From positions 1-64,000 of IMG/VR virus record IMGVR_UViG_3300036823_000301: a stretch of 64,000 nt of DNA; one strand, 5' to 3'. Below are positions 47,801 to 56,701 of the stretch, one piece after another. The notes beneath the pieces are model-generated. The model saw only the letters and a list, made by a program, of their open reading frames with translations. It was not told the origin of the DNA and made no database searches. The DNA is from a virus. Each line of letters begins with the position of its first letter. Positions within the stretch are counted from its first letter, which is position 1. Position numbers and translations under genes: made by a program.

Positions 47801-47933
47801 AAGCTGCGGACGTGCCAGCCGTGACCAATTGATAAGCATTACCAGAATTTGAAATTCTGGTGCCGATTGTCGTATAGGCGTGGGAGGTCGCCCACGCCGA
47901 TAGATTGTAATGAATCTGTGACGTAATGGTCAT
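44832..47933 (-). CDS. virion protein: carbohydrate-binding-like N-terminus, parallel beta-helix, long Ala/Thr/Gly repeat stalk
   Basis: AWATSHAY...YQLVTAGTS...DGSCVWKY; NCTF/NCLF/NSMF repeats ending RPQG..CDIGPWE; ~20-aa repeats. Confidence 0.65.
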   Translation of the reverse strand: MTITSQIHYNLSAWATSHAYTTIGTRISNSGNAYQLVTAGTSAASGGPTTTGSSITDGSCVWKYLSSIDFTSLLAWGASFSEADLTQAVVASLWNNGTITTTSGTQYLDLSNYFGTSPTNTVTVQCAQGESYRDTLAGQSTPLAFNAAAGVSFTLPATGTGATNYLRLPSNSTIIGVQFQDPNSGSGSTIMDGGPNGAVNLYDCLYDGYVQTSAGGMVGHSGGNVANCTFINRGANNEFGWCLQGFNGDSATPISVYNCLFLNTVSGNNTAAGFNNNNSSGTANIVKNSMFFGFSDTSPPIGSSGATNNIDHCIFSNTSNSWFSSQHAVDGGGNLFSKITTNQFVNPATDFRILRTADALNAGPATTTSMPVTDDVAGTSRPQGTACDIGPWELVLVQQTSAAITGTGLVTPVARAIEHGQLAQAALGTAVARAALLEAVTASTVAVASVTVNATHNPAAVANIALTGNATATTGYIAGPQAVLSGSGQAVSDSSHTAPAAPTLAGSGQLIGNATHTPQAVVSLGPVSGVAVDGLHISPGSAVFAGSGSLSLSTLFIAQAVAGPAGAATVTLNATHTPQAAVQASGVGTVLPNAILLPITTSTLGGSGGVSSTASHTPTAAPPVSGTANVTVTAANSAGGSVTVVGTGQAASSPILIDTQAALTISGNGVASATSTHTPQADTISSPITGAGSVMVGADRVPPQNTILSGAGTIFVPFASVLDSAVISIGATGGANSTALLIVQPTASSAGVVNVAASAIHTPQAAATIAVAGSAAATALIVNATNPVAIAPAGSLSASQFVLFAGAPLALAGAGSVLAGIAPSLAGSITLPGTAAITTAALAYKVAVPQITGIVGIVVQATHTPQAAIGIAPLSTVTLVEVTVLEAQPNLMGTGGALATATHTPFASATIQGSGSVALFVGSSILTAPMAIAGSGSIIVEAVHDISTSATITGTGGVATLVAPVGVARANINGLVRIRIDALVYPEHDTPSISGEGHVFVAVNIKRAPHPEPLAPWRTIVIGRRHTKNKVIA

Positions 47934-50900
47934 TGCGCACCTCGTGGGCTTACGCGAATGATTCGCGACCCCCCTGTTACCCTGCGCGCGCTTTGTGGAT
48001 CAGTGACCCGCAATGTTGTGGACCTTTCGGTGACCGTGCGCGGCGTTGGCGCAACAGTAACTTGTGCAATCCTTCGATCAGTTGCACGCGGGAATAGTGC
48101 CGGTAGCCGCCTAATAAGGGTATTGGCCTCCACGACACCGACACCAGCGATTATTGGATAAGCTGCTGATAGCTGGATTGAATCTGCGGCAACGAGACCG
48201 GAGCCGTCAATAAATGTCGTTTTCAAACGTGGTGTAGCGTCGATTAAAACATCGACTTCGCCATCAATCCCTACGCTGGCGGTCAGTGCGTGCGGAATCA
48301 GCGAATCGGTTGTGACCGAGCCCTCAGCGTCGATTTCGCCAGAAGCTGCAAGACGTAAGACACTTTCAGCGGTGACTGAGCCTTCACCGGCGGCCTGACT
48401 ACCATCAGGCCGCAACGCAGTCGAACCGGACAACGCAGAGCCAGATGCAGCAATCTCCCCCTGACCCGCCGCCAGATTGATGGTGCCGGTAGACGCTGCA
48501 CCGGACCCGCTGATGACAATATTGGCGAACGGTGCGTGAGAGACCGCACCGTTGACGCCGCCAGATCCCACCAAAACGGCTTTGCCATTAAACAGAAGCG
48601 ACGTTTGGACAGGGGGGATAGTCCCAGAGCCCGTGATTGTAGCCGCGTCACCGATCGCTGCTTCAGCAGTGACGGTGACGCTGGTCGAGCCGGAGAGTGT
48701 GGCTGTGGCGCCCGCGCTGACAATTGTCGAGGTGACGTTACCGGTGCCGTTGATCGTGACACCGGCCTGAGCGACCTCTGTAGCACGGGCTTCAACGGCA
48801 CCGGTAACGTTGACAACGGGTCGGGCTGTCGGTGTATGGGTGGCGGCGGTAACGACGCTTGCGAACCCTGTAAGGGTCGCCATGCCGGCAGGCATGTGCG
48901 TTGCCACGACCGCCCCCGCACCAGATCCGGCGAGCGCTGCGCGTCCAGCCGACAAGACGATCGCCGATGCAGCCAACTGACCTTGTGGCTGAATGGTGAC
49001 ACTGACTGTACCTGGAATAACAGCATTGGCGTTGGTTATGCTCCCAACGCCGCCGATTAGCGTCTGGGATTGGGTATCAATCAGGGTAGCGGGGACGTAA
49101 ATCGATCCTGCGCTTACAATTGAACAGGTAGCGAACGAGACTGGAAAAGCCGACGCTGAAGCGGCTCCCACGACAGCGATCAGAATCTGCGCCTGAGTAT
49201 CGGTCAGCGTCCCGTGCGCGGCTACATTACCGGAGCCAACAGCTACGCTAAGAACGTGCGCGATAACGGTGGCTGCTGACTCGACGCTGGTGGTGCCAGT
49301 GATCGTCGCTGCCGCAAAGGATTCCGAGGACAGCGCGCTGGCATTGAAGCTGGTTGAACCAACGATCGTGGTTGTGCCAGCAGCTAGCACAATAGCATCG
49401 ACGGCAACGCTACCGGTAATCACAACGGAGCAGGGATTGGAACCCGCTGCACCGCTTGGGTTAATCCCAACGCTGCCCGAACCGGTGATGCCGACGACAC
49501 CTGTCGCGACAAGCTGAGTCGCTGTGACGGCAGCGTTACCCGACCCAGCTATCGAGCTATAAGCAAACTGTTGTGGTAACCCGTTGGCTGCAACGCTACC
49601 CAAACCGTTTAGGGTGACGGGATTGGTTGCCCAAACCTGTTCGCCACTGCCAGCCCCCAGCCCCACGCCTACAAGTGCGGCCGTCGCGAATGATAAGGGT
49701 GTTAGTGCGTTACCACTGACTGTGGATGCGCCAACTAGTGCTGCCGCATCCAGCGCCAGAACGCTGGCGGTGGTCGTGACTGATCCAGCGGCTATGACCA
49801 CCCCAGACCCAGCGGACGTGCTGGCACCAACGGATGTTATGACCGAGCTGGTGCCATTGAGTGTAGCTGTCGCGAACGATTCCGGAATCGTTGTCGCTGA
49901 AAGAGCACCGACGCCGGAGACAGTTGTTGTGGTCAGTTCATCAAGAACAGCCGCGGTTGTTACGGTAGCATTACCAGACAACGCCGCTGTTGTGGCATCA
50001 AGCGCGACTGCGGCGACGGTAACGGAGCCGGTCCCGGCTGCCGAAGCGTAAGCAAATGATTCCGGCCCGATCGCACTGACGATGACCGAGCTCGCACCTG
50101 CAATGATGTCTCCATCAGACGCGAAAACGATTCGCGTGGCTGTGGTCGCGACATTACCGGACCCAGCTATGCTGGATGTGGAAAGCTGATCAGTAACAGC
50201 AACCACAAAGACACTGGCTGCCCCTGCCAATGACGAGCTTGCGAATGACAGGGGGGCTTGCGAGCTTGGGGTGACTGAACCCGAGCCAGCGATTAGGCTA
50301 GCATTCGCCGCAAAGATCTGAGTCGCGACCGCTGTGACATTGCCAGAGGTTGCAAACGTGGCTCCGGCAAACGATTCCGGCCCGATCGCATTGATGGAGA
50401 CGCTGCCAGAGCCAGCAATCAGATCGACATTAGGCGCGAAAACGATTTGCGTTGGAGTTGCTGTGGAACTACCGGAACCGGCGATCGTAGCAGTCGTCAG
50501 CTGATCAGTAACAGATGCAACGGCAACACTGCCCGCCCCTATGAGCGCTGCTGTCGCGAAAGACAGGGGAAGCAGCGCTGCGGCAGTGACTGATCCTGTC
50601 GCTGCCGCATTGACGACACCAAGCACAATCTCTGTGCCAGCTACTGCCACGTTGCCAGTGACAGTGAGCGTCGCAGAACCGGCCGTAGCTGGGGGTGTTG
50701 GGGTAGCTGTGACTGAGCCCGCCCCTATGAGCGCTGCTGTCGCGAAAGACAGGGGAAGCAGCGCTGCGGCAGTGACTGATCCTGTCGCTGCAATCCCGGC
50801 GGTTCCCGTCAGAACCTGGGTGAGTTTGATGAAGCCGGTTGCCCCAACACCACCGGCTGCGGTCGAACCATATCGCGTGCCACCGCCGCCACCACCCGGC

Positions 50901-52360
50901 CAGCCGCCGCCACCAGCCGTGCCAGTTGTCGAAGTACCGCCACCGCCACCAGATCCACCGCGACTGTCGCTCTTACCGACTGTGTTGGCAGCGCTTCCGG
51001 TTACAGTTGCCCCATCCGCACTCCCCCCTGTCGCCCCCGTCGCTGATGATGTTGTCGCTCCGGCCCCAGCGGCGCCCTCCCGTCCAGCCGTGCCGGCACC
51101 TGATGCGCCACCCCTGGCGGATGTTGTGCCGCCTGCACCACCCGCAGCACCAACTGTGTTGGTGTCGCCACCCGATCCGGCCGCGCCCGCTGCACCAGCC
51201 GACGCACCCGCTGCACCACTATGACCACCATTCGCGACAACGGTTCCGGCTGCCGTGGAGGTGCCTGTAGCGGCGCCAATGACGGCAGCGATCGTGCTGC
51301 CAGCAGTGACCGCGAGGAAATTCTTCCGTGTGTAGCCCGATGATCCGCCACCCGATCCTGATGACGTGCTTGTGCCCGGTCCACCATTACCGCCACCGCC
51401 CCAAACTTCAACCGTCGCGATGTTTGATGTCCAAGTTGCAGGAATGTTGATGCTGGTGACACCACCCAGCACGAACACTTGGTCAGGGGCATTTCCCACC
51501 CAACTGATCTTGATGCCACCGTAGCCGCCGCGTCCGATGTTGGCTGAACCTGTTGGCCCAGTTCGATCGGACCCGCCACCGCCTGGATTGCCGCCGGCCG
51601 AACCATTTATTTCTAGGGTGCCGTTGTTGCCAGAACCACCAGCTCCACCACCGCCGTTGTCGTAATCATCATCGCCAGCACCGCCGGATGCTGAACCGGC
51701 GGTCGCGCCAGATCCGCCGCCACCACCACCGCCTGGAGCTGTACCGACACCACCGACGACGCTTGCCCCTGTTCCCCCTGTTCCCCCACCGGTGCCACCG
51801 CCGTTACCACCTGCGGTTGCAGTTCCTCCGCTACCCGTTCCTCCAGATGCTGACGCGCCTCCGCCGCCACCGCCACCGGTTGTGGCACCTGTCCCGCCCC
51901 CTCCGTCGCCGCCGGTCGATCCAATTCCGCCAGGGCCGCCTGCGCCACCACCACCACCGACGCCGTTGTTGGTGCCGTTGACACCATTGAGGCCACCGGC
52001 TCCGCCAGCAAACGTGGTTGTGCCGACGCGGGTCGTACCAGAGCCACCGCCATTGGCCAGGATGGTGGCAGTCGTATTGAACCACGTGTCACCCCCTGAT
52101 TGCGCTGACGTGGTGCCAGGGGTGCCCAAGGAGAAAGGAATCGCTGTGCCGGCGGTCAGCGATTGGTTGGAAATTGTCGCATAACCGCCACCAGTACCGC
52201 CGTTGCCGGTGTTATCATCACCGGCCTCGCCTGCGCCCCAGCATTCGACCTTCGCCGCCGATGTCACGGTGAAACGGGGCGTGAACAATCCGGTACCAGA
52301 ACCGATGATGTAAACGGTGGTCAACGCTACCTCGCTATAGCTGCGAAGGTAACACGGCAA
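47930..52360 (-). CDS. large glycine-rich virion protein with ~20-aa Ala/Thr/Ser repeats
   Basis: Two Gly-rich domains (VECWGAG...GG.GGGY), then many LAGSGSV-type repeats. Confidence 0.7.
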   Translation of the reverse strand: MPCYLRSYSEVALTTVYIIGSGTGLFTPRFTVTSAAKVECWGAGEAGDDNTGNGGTGGGYATISNQSLTAGTAIPFSLGTPGTTSAQSGGDTWFNTTATILANGGGSGTTRVGTTTFAGGAGGLNGVNGTNNGVGGGGGAGGPGGIGSTGGDGGGGTGATTGGGGGGGASASGGTGSGGTATAGGNGGGTGGGTGGTGASVVGGVGTAPGGGGGGGSGATAGSASGGAGDDDYDNGGGGAGGSGNNGTLEINGSAGGNPGGGGSDRTGPTGSANIGRGGYGGIKISWVGNAPDQVFVLGGVTSINIPATWTSNIATVEVWGGGGNGGPGTSTSSGSGGGSSGYTRKNFLAVTAGSTIAAVIGAATGTSTAAGTVVANGGHSGAAGASAGAAGAAGSGGDTNTVGAAGGAGGTTSARGGASGAGTAGREGAAGAGATTSSATGATGGSADGATVTGSAANTVGKSDSRGGSGGGGGTSTTGTAGGGGWPGGGGGGTRYGSTAAGGVGATGFIKLTQVLTGTAGIAATGSVTAAALLPLSFATAALIGAGSVTATPTPPATAGSATLTVTGNVAVAGTEIVLGVVNAAATGSVTAAALLPLSFATAALIGAGSVAVASVTDQLTTATIAGSGSSTATPTQIVFAPNVDLIAGSGSVSINAIGPESFAGATFATSGNVTAVATQIFAANASLIAGSGSVTPSSQAPLSFASSSLAGAASVFVVAVTDQLSTSSIAGSGNVATTATRIVFASDGDIIAGASSVIVSAIGPESFAYASAAGTGSVTVAAVALDATTAALSGNATVTTAAVLDELTTTTVSGVGALSATTIPESFATATLNGTSSVITSVGASTSAGSGVVIAAGSVTTTASVLALDAAALVGASTVSGNALTPLSFATAALVGVGLGAGSGEQVWATNPVTLNGLGSVAANGLPQQFAYSSIAGSGNAAVTATQLVATGVVGITGSGSVGINPSGAAGSNPCSVVITGSVAVDAIVLAAGTTTIVGSTSFNASALSSESFAAATITGTTSVESAATVIAHVLSVAVGSGNVAAHGTLTDTQAQILIAVVGAASASAFPVSFATCSIVSAGSIYVPATLIDTQSQTLIGGVGSITNANAVIPGTVSVTIQPQGQLAASAIVLSAGRAALAGSGAGAVVATHMPAGMATLTGFASVVTAATHTPTARPVVNVTGAVEARATEVAQAGVTINGTGNVTSTIVSAGATATLSGSTSVTVTAEAAIGDAATITGSGTIPPVQTSLLFNGKAVLVGSGGVNGAVSHAPFANIVISGSGAASTGTINLAAGQGEIAASGSALSGSTALRPDGSQAAGEGSVTAESVLRLAASGEIDAEGSVTTDSLIPHALTASVGIDGEVDVLIDATPRLKTTFIDGSGLVAADSIQLSAAYPIIAGVGVVEANTLIRRLPALFPRATDRRIAQVTVAPTPRTVTERSTTLRVTDPQSARRVTGGSRIIRVSPRGAQ
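50531..50791. repeat. 75-bp perfect direct repeat (50531-50605 and 50717-50791)
   Basis: GCCCGCCCCTATGAGCGCTG...GATCCTGTCGCTGC occurs twice, 186 bp apart. Confidence 0.9.
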
Positions 52361-52414
52361 GCAGCCGCAAGAGCCGTTTTATCGGCCCTTACGGCTACAA
52401 GGGAATTGGCCTCG

Positions 52415-52778
52415 TTAGCTCAAAGTGATCGTCAACGCTCCGCTCGCAATGACCAGCGAGTCTCCAATTCCTAAAGTTCTCACGGTTGAAAGCAAACCGT
52501 ACCAAAGATAAGAACCATTAGTGCTGGAGGCAGTATCCCAAATTGAAATACCAGATACAGAGCATGCACCGGACACCGGGCCGAAGGTCATGGCCACCGT
52601 ATTGGAGGCAGAACCGGCAGGCGAGGCGGCAGGGGCAAACGACACAGTTTGCCGCGTGATACCAGACCCCAGAGCGATTTCTGAAGCTGATACCGAAGAC
52701 GGCGAACCCAACGAAATATTGACACCCATTGCACCAGGGCGCGTTGGAGTCGCCCCGAGCAGAACCCAATCAAGCATC
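52415..52778 (-). CDS. exon 2 of a small tail/fibre-associated protein (spliced product ~131 aa, MAGISTYAQKAMLDWVL...)
   Basis: LDWVL..ATPTRP...RQTVSF...ISIWD...G.YLWYG.L...RT...GD.L...GAL.I.L family pattern. Confidence 0.75.
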
Positions 52779-53052
52779 CTATGTGTTCGCGACAGGCCGT
52801 TAATCCTATCACCGCTCTTTCGAGCTGCTGCATATCCCTATGCAGAGCAGATCATGTCATCACCCATTGCATCAAATGGGGCCGGGCGCTTCCACTCACT
52901 TGAGTGTACTCCCTCGCGGGATGATCGTTGCACCTTCCGTCTTGCGACGGCTTGGCTCAAAGTTAACCGTTCTGGTACTTCTTTGAGTTCACCCGGTTCT
53001 TCGATAGATTTCTCAATCTAAAGGGCCAAAACTCATTCGTTACGGAGTCTTT
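52779..53052 (-). ncRNA. group I self-splicing intron (IA-like, P7.1/P7.2 present), ORF-less, 274 nt; boundaries could shift by 1 nt
   Basis: P3 CCGGGUG/CGCCCGG, P4 CUCAAAG/CUUUGAG, P6a CCGUC-GCAA-GACGG, P7 GAUCA/UGAUC, P7.1 UCCC-GCGA-GGGA, P7.2 CACUCA/UGAGUG, P8 CCCAUU/AAUGGG, P9 CUGCAUA-GGGA-UAUGCAG, terminal G; removal restores the frame. Confidence 0.88.
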
Positions 53053-53084
53053 GCCTTTTGGGCATACGTGCTGATACCAGCCAC
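53053..53084 (-). CDS. exon 1 of the intron-split tail gene
   Basis: AGGAG RBS (53098-53094), then GTG GCT GGT ATC AGC ACG TAT GCC CAA AAG GC. Confidence 0.75.
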
Positions 53085-53177
53085 CGATTTATACTCCTAA
53101 TTTAAGTTGACGGCACCATCTCCGACGCGCTCTTCTGACGATGCTCATCAATTAGAAGCGGTTGAAGATTTATATGA

Positions 53178-54329
53178 TCAAGCACGATCAAGCGCTGACC
53201 AATCTGAAATCGGCAAACCGGTCACAACATTGACCCCTGGCGAACAGATCCGAAGATCTTTCACCATACGACCATTTGCGCGAAGATGTAAAAGACCTTT
53301 GGCAACTAGAAGAATAGTTTCAACACTAATATCAGAGATGCACGCTGCCCCTGTATTATCCTTGTTCGGGAAACATGTCTCAGGGGTGTCATGTAACTTA
53401 TGACAACTGTGACAAGGCACTCTAATCTTGTCTGCTTCAAGCGTAACTGTATTTACCCAATGTTTCGTTATATTTTCCGCGGATGCGTGAGATATCATAA
53501 GGATCTTTGGTATTGACTCCATGCCTACGGACCATTGCGGTCCCGTATCAGGGCCTATCATGAGATCGCACTGCTGACATTGAGTCAACGAACGTCTAAT
53601 CGGCCAGCTCGGATCGGCTGGATCAGGGGAGAGCGCGAGATGCAGTCCGTCATCGCTACCATTTTGACGTTGTACGTGCTCCTGAATCGTTTTCGCAATT
53701 TCGAAGTCTTTGCCCGGTGCACCGAACATGATGACTGGGGTATTGAGCTCTCTAATAAGCCTAGCAATAGCCATGGCCGAATACGGATACAACTTATCAT
53801 GGCGGGAACCAGAAATACACCACCCGATGACTCGATCGCCGACTTTTCGTTTGGTGTCAAGCGCTTTTTCTATTTCCTCATCAGTTGGATAGAATCGAGG
53901 CCCGATTGTAAAGTCGTGAGGCACCTCACAGACATCGTGCACCATTTCGATATAGCTCTTGCCACACATTTTGCGACGCACCGACGACGGCCAATAAAAC
54001 TGCGTTTGAGCAGGGATAAGTGCGAGGGTGCTCTCACAGGTGTGGCTCAAGTTGACAAATTTCGTGAATTCGCCTGACCGCCCTACGAACCAGCGCTGCC
54101 ATTCCAAGATTCCCCCTTGCGGTGTGCCGATCTCCCCTGACTTCTTGACCGACAGCTTGTCAATGTAGGGATTGTTTTCAAACACGACATGATGCGGCTC
54201 TTGCGCGATAACTTCCAGGTTGTAATCCTGCGCGATCAGGGGGAACGCGGATGAGCACATCAGATTGTCACCTATGGAGCCGAGCCGCACGACACCATAC
54301 CAGCCCTTCGGTTTGCGAATGATTCCCAC
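53178..54329 (-). CDS. GT9-family glycosyltransferase (heptosyltransferase-like)
   Basis: RLGSIGD, NNPYID, K.YP, IGPDTGP, CHSC. Confidence 0.85.
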   Translation of the reverse strand: MGIIRKPKGWYGVVRLGSIGDNLMCSSAFPLIAQDYNLEVIAQEPHHVVFENNPYIDKLSVKKSGEIGTPQGGILEWQRWFVGRSGEFTKFVNLSHTCESTLALIPAQTQFYWPSSVRRKMCGKSYIEMVHDVCEVPHDFTIGPRFYPTDEEIEKALDTKRKVGDRVIGWCISGSRHDKLYPYSAMAIARLIRELNTPVIMFGAPGKDFEIAKTIQEHVQRQNGSDDGLHLALSPDPADPSWPIRRSLTQCQQCDLMIGPDTGPQWSVGMESIPKILMISHASAENITKHWVNTVTLEADKIRVPCHSCHKLHDTPETCFPNKDNTGAACISDISVETILLVAKGLLHLRANGRMVKDLRICSPGVNVVTGLPISDWSALDRA

Positions 54330-54343
54330 TTAATTTGTATCTT

Positions 54344-56701
54344 TCAAGGTGATGCGAATGCGATTGACGGACCCCAGTCACTGGTTCCAGCGCTGGTGAT
54401 GACTTGAACTTGCGCGAGGTAAAAATCGCCAGATACGGCGCCAGACAGCGAAAGCTGCCAAGTTGTTGAGCTCGTCTGTGTAGGACTTGAAATGAATGTA
54501 GCATAACCGGGTGATAGAGAATCAAACGTCCAACGAAAGTTGAATGTTGGAGTTCCTGTCCCAACCCATGTCCAGGCTATCAGCGGCTTTCCAGCAGTTC
54601 CTCCAGCTAAATGGACATTTGTAGGAACTGGAATGATTGTGAAAACAGGTCTTGTTGTAAATGGGCTCGTCGTAAACGGTCCGTATGTCTGCGACGTCGG
54701 TCCCGTCCCCTGTGCATTTGTTGCCTGGACCTGGAACCATACTGGGATGCTGTCAAATGACGCCGACACAAGATAATTTGTTAACGCTTGAAAATTGACG
54801 ACACCCCAGCCTGTGCACGCATCCCACCCGTTGTTAACAACAGGATAGCCTGGAGATCCATTGCTACTATTATTCGTGCCACTACCGGATTGCGTACCGA
54901 TATCGCGAATGGTTAATAAAAACGGAATTGGGTCATTAACCTGAGCCCATACAGAGTTTGCATCACCAGGAGATTTTTCATAAAATAAGCCAGAACTGTT
55001 CTGTTGAAAAAGCAAATCAATGGGCGGGCTCATGTATAATAAATACACGACGTTTGCTGTTGTCGCATCCACGGTCCCATGGTTTGCGATTTGCAAACCA
55101 TTATTTGCTGACGTAACGAGGCTAAAAACATTACCGTGGGTGTCAGTAATATTGACACCGGCCCCATTAGCCGCTTGCGCGTTCCACAGACCTTGTTGAA
55201 TATGATATATTGTTGGATTAAGAAACCCCAACGGACGCCCCAACGCTTGCATGACTCTGGCAAGGCAACCGGCATACTGCGGTGCTGTCACACTAGTTCC
55301 ACCAATCACACCGAACGCGCCGTTAACTTCGGTATTGTAACCGCTGAATGAGCTAGCATTCCCTGCTACATCAGGCATTCCACGCCCTATAAAACCAAAA
55401 TCCGACTGTGCTGGCATATTTGGGACGTAGATCGTCTGATAAGTAGGTCGTGGAAAAATTCTGCTTATGCCACCCCCTGTCGCACCGATACTATTTGGGT
55501 TATCGTTCCAAACCCATTCAGTGAATGTCGGATATTGACCGGTGCCGATGCTAGCGACTGTGGTCCCACCTGTATTTAAGATCCAAGGGCTGCCACAAGG
55601 ATAAGCTATCCAATTTTCCGTTGTTGATGGAAAGTAATTTGAAGATCCTTCATCACCAACAGCAGAGATGATTGTCACCCCAATAAGTGCAGCGTCCTCA
55701 TGATAAGTCTCACATGCATTAAAAAAGGGAATGTATGTATTCTGTTCAAAATCTTCCGTAAAAACACTTGATATTGAAAATAGAGTTACAACAGGATCAC
55801 CTGGATTGGGATGCAACATTCGTGCAAGCAACTCTGGATAATTTTCAGCTGAGCGATCAGCAAAATAAATCGCTAAAGTTTTCACACCTCCGGAAAATCC
55901 CAAGATCATAACATTATCGACGTTACCTTCTCCAGCATCTCCACTATTTGGATCAGATCCATTTGTGCTCCCATCGACAGACACGAACACTGTGCTCGTC
56001 GTCGTGCCAGCAGAAGCTAAACCCCAATTGTTCAAAGTATTTTGAATTTCTGTAGCATTCTGAAGCCAACCATAAAGACCAATAACTTGCTGATTAGCGC
56101 TTGTTGTCAATCCGCTGTAAATCCCAGATATCTGTTGTGGTGTAAATGAAACACCATTAGGTAGATCGGCTGGAGGAACTGTAGCGCGAACAGCTTTATA
56201 TTCTGTATGCACACCGAGAATCGCATGCAGCATCGGATGAATATGGTCCGGAACGTGAAATCCCGTATGCGTCCGAAATTTGTAGCGGCCTAACCTTGGG
56301 TGTTCCTTTTCATAATGATGAATTTCAGTATGAAATGCCTTTTCCAACTGATCGACCGAAGCGTTAACGACAACCATACGGCGGGAGCCGTGTGATTCAC
56401 ACCAACTGAAGCCAGATGCTTTACAGAAACTCTCTATCGCTCTGATCTCATCAGGATGAGCACCATACTTCTGTTGAAAGTCCGGATCTTGCCGTGTCCG
56501 AGGTGGGCAGCCCAAGAACTCATAAAACTCCGGAATCGGATCGTGCCCCGGCCGACGGCGAAGGTGAAACTTCACACGGATAGATTCATCTTTAGGGGCA
56601 CGGCCGACATAAGTCGTCCTCGCAGGATCAGGGGGGAACCTATGCGCTGGGGCTAAAGCTTTGTATCCGATAGGGGGCATTAGAATGGCCGTGTCTTCCA
56701 A
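54344..56701 (-). CDS. S53 (sedolisin/kumamolisin) serine-carboxyl peptidase with prodomain, inserted module and FN3-like tail
   Basis: Prodomain; GEGNVD (Glu/Asp), GDEGS oxyanion Asp, GRGMPDVAGNA, GGTSVTAP (Ser), WDACTGWG. Confidence 0.9.
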   Translation of the reverse strand: MEDTAILMPPIGYKALAPAHRFPPDPARTTYVGRAPKDESIRVKFHLRRRPGHDPIPEFYEFLGCPPRTRQDPDFQQKYGAHPDEIRAIESFCKASGFSWCESHGSRRMVVVNASVDQLEKAFHTEIHHYEKEHPRLGRYKFRTHTGFHVPDHIHPMLHAILGVHTEYKAVRATVPPADLPNGVSFTPQQISGIYSGLTTSANQQVIGLYGWLQNATEIQNTLNNWGLASAGTTTSTVFVSVDGSTNGSDPNSGDAGEGNVDNVMILGFSGGVKTLAIYFADRSAENYPELLARMLHPNPGDPVVTLFSISSVFTEDFEQNTYIPFFNACETYHEDAALIGVTIISAVGDEGSSNYFPSTTENWIAYPCGSPWILNTGGTTVASIGTGQYPTFTEWVWNDNPNSIGATGGGISRIFPRPTYQTIYVPNMPAQSDFGFIGRGMPDVAGNASSFSGYNTEVNGAFGVIGGTSVTAPQYAGCLARVMQALGRPLGFLNPTIYHIQQGLWNAQAANGAGVNITDTHGNVFSLVTSANNGLQIANHGTVDATTANVVYLLYMSPPIDLLFQQNSSGLFYEKSPGDANSVWAQVNDPIPFLLTIRDIGTQSGSGTNNSSNGSPGYPVVNNGWDACTGWGVVNFQALTNYLVSASFDSIPVWFQVQATNAQGTGPTSQTYGPFTTSPFTTRPVFTIIPVPTNVHLAGGTAGKPLIAWTWVGTGTPTFNFRWTFDSLSPGYATFISSPTQTSSTTWQLSLSGAVSGDFYLAQVQVITSAGTSDWGPSIAFASP

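Noticed and set aside
50531-50791. DGR template/variable repeat pair
   Set aside because: The copies are identical with no adenine-specific mismatches, and no reverse transcriptase is present
44856-52474. Numerous + strand and alternate-frame ORFs over the structural genes
   Set aside because: Shadow ORFs produced by Gly/Ala/Thr-rich codon bias; no RBS or recognisable motifs
52415-53021. TAG read-through or alternative genetic code extending the tail gene upstream
   Set aside because: The upstream frame has no start or RBS and folds as a group I intron; other genes end normally at TAG
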